A program made the position numbers and the translations under genes. A stretch of 63,223 nucleotides of DNA, counting the filler, from Olpidium bornovanus S191 (Eukaryota > Fungi > Olpidiomycota): assembly GCA_017911155.1 (NCBI GenBank). It is 28 parts of 28 records of this genome, joined end to end, with 100 filler letters (N's around TTAATTAATTAA, not from the genome) between each part and the next. Parts side by side here need not be neighbours in the genome. Positions count along the whole stretch, not along the records: positions 62,035 to 63,223 come from JAEFCI010008564.1; 27 more parts are not named here. One strand, written 5' to 3'. This document shows, in pieces, positions 62,452 to 63,223 of the stretch (position 1 is its first letter; every line of letters starts with the position of its first letter). The notes under the pieces are model-generated. The model had not been told where the DNA came from. It saw only the letters and a program-made list of their open reading frames with translations, and ran no database searches.

Positions 62452-63223
62452 TTACGGAAGAGTCGCCTTCTTCCGGGCCTTGTCCCGCACGCCGTCGCCT
62501 GCCTTCCTCTTTCTCGTGACTTTTTTCTGGCGCCCGGGTCCCTCGTCGTCTTCCGCTCCTTCGACGACTTTGAGACCCTTCCACACATCATCGTCCTCAT
62601 CTTCGGTCTCCGCATCCTGCGTCCCTTGATCCGCCTCTGTTTCTGCGTCGAAGGCGAGACACGACAGTCGCTGCTTAAGGTACACCTTGTGCAGCGGCGC
62701 CCGTTCTTTGGCAGCCGCAGCGGAGGACGGCGTGTTGTGCACGCGAAGGTGGCGGTCCAGCGCGACGGAAGCCAGGACGCCCGGGGAAGAATCCTGAGAG
62801 GAGGGTAGCGGTCCAAACCGGCAGAATTCCAGCGCCCGGGATGAGCCGTATGCGCCCTTGAACCGGCAGAGCGGCTTGCCCGTCGTCAGAGAGAGGCAAG
62901 TCAGGTTTCCTTCCGAGTCCGCGACGTATGCGTCACTTGTGGTGGTAGACGAAGAGACGCGTCAGCGCCTCAAAAATGCTATTGGGCAAAGCAGGATGCT
63001 TGCGAGAGGTCTCCGCGGATCCCGACTCCGAACTCACTCGTTCGTCCCCAGGGCCAGGGCCGAGACCGCGCCGAACCGGCTTTCTCGAACGTTCCAGCTG
63101 TGGATAGGCCTCCGCTGCTTCCCAACATCGTACACGCGGACCTGGCCGTATCCGGTTCCAACGACGAGCCCATTCCCGTCTTCCGTAAACCTGAAGTCGG
63201 TATTCCACACAGGAACGCGCATG
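62452..63223 (-). CDS. NSA1: NSA1/WDR74 60S-biogenesis WD40 protein, C-terminal half, spliced
   Basis: RVPVWNTDFRF, TGYGQVRVYDV..QRRP, ADSEGNL, FKGAYGS, LASVALDRHLRVH, LHKVYLKQRLSC, and an acidic DDVW..L plus basic tail. Confidence 0.85.

Overview
This window is not one locus. It is 28 short eukaryotic contigs (about 1.1-7.2 kb) joined by an artificial 100-bp spacer (44 N + TTAATTAATTAA + 44 N), so adjacency across spacers has no biological meaning. The DNA is fungal: it carries a GGC1-type GTP/GDP carrier, a Las17-type WASP and a Myo2-type myosin V. Exons are GC-rich, and the many short GT-AG introns and intergenic regions are full of homopolymers and (GA)n tracts. Genes that I recall as absent from yeasts (calreticulin, BRAT1-, LST2/ZFYVE28-, prominin-, UBLCP1- and PHAF1-like) point to an early-diverging, possibly zoosporic lineage. 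An Olpidium-like source is my guess and is not proven. Other recognisable genes, mostly partial: SLC35F5/Thi74-like transporter, ATRX-like SNF2, SIN3, Derlin, NAE1/ULA1, RAB6/YPT6, NAM8-like RRM protein, glycogenin, RPS14 and NSA1, plus several decayed Ty1/copia and Ty3/gypsy pieces. The best leads are: a prominin-like membrane protein; a BRAT1 homologue keeping the terminal Asp-Cys; a FYVE-less LST2; a copia LTR with a half-tRNAiMet primer site; a decayed RING gene on an AT-rich intronless contig; and strong enrichment of CATG at contig ends and at homology breakpoints, which warns of chimeric joins. All family assignments rest on motifs recalled from memory; no database search was run.
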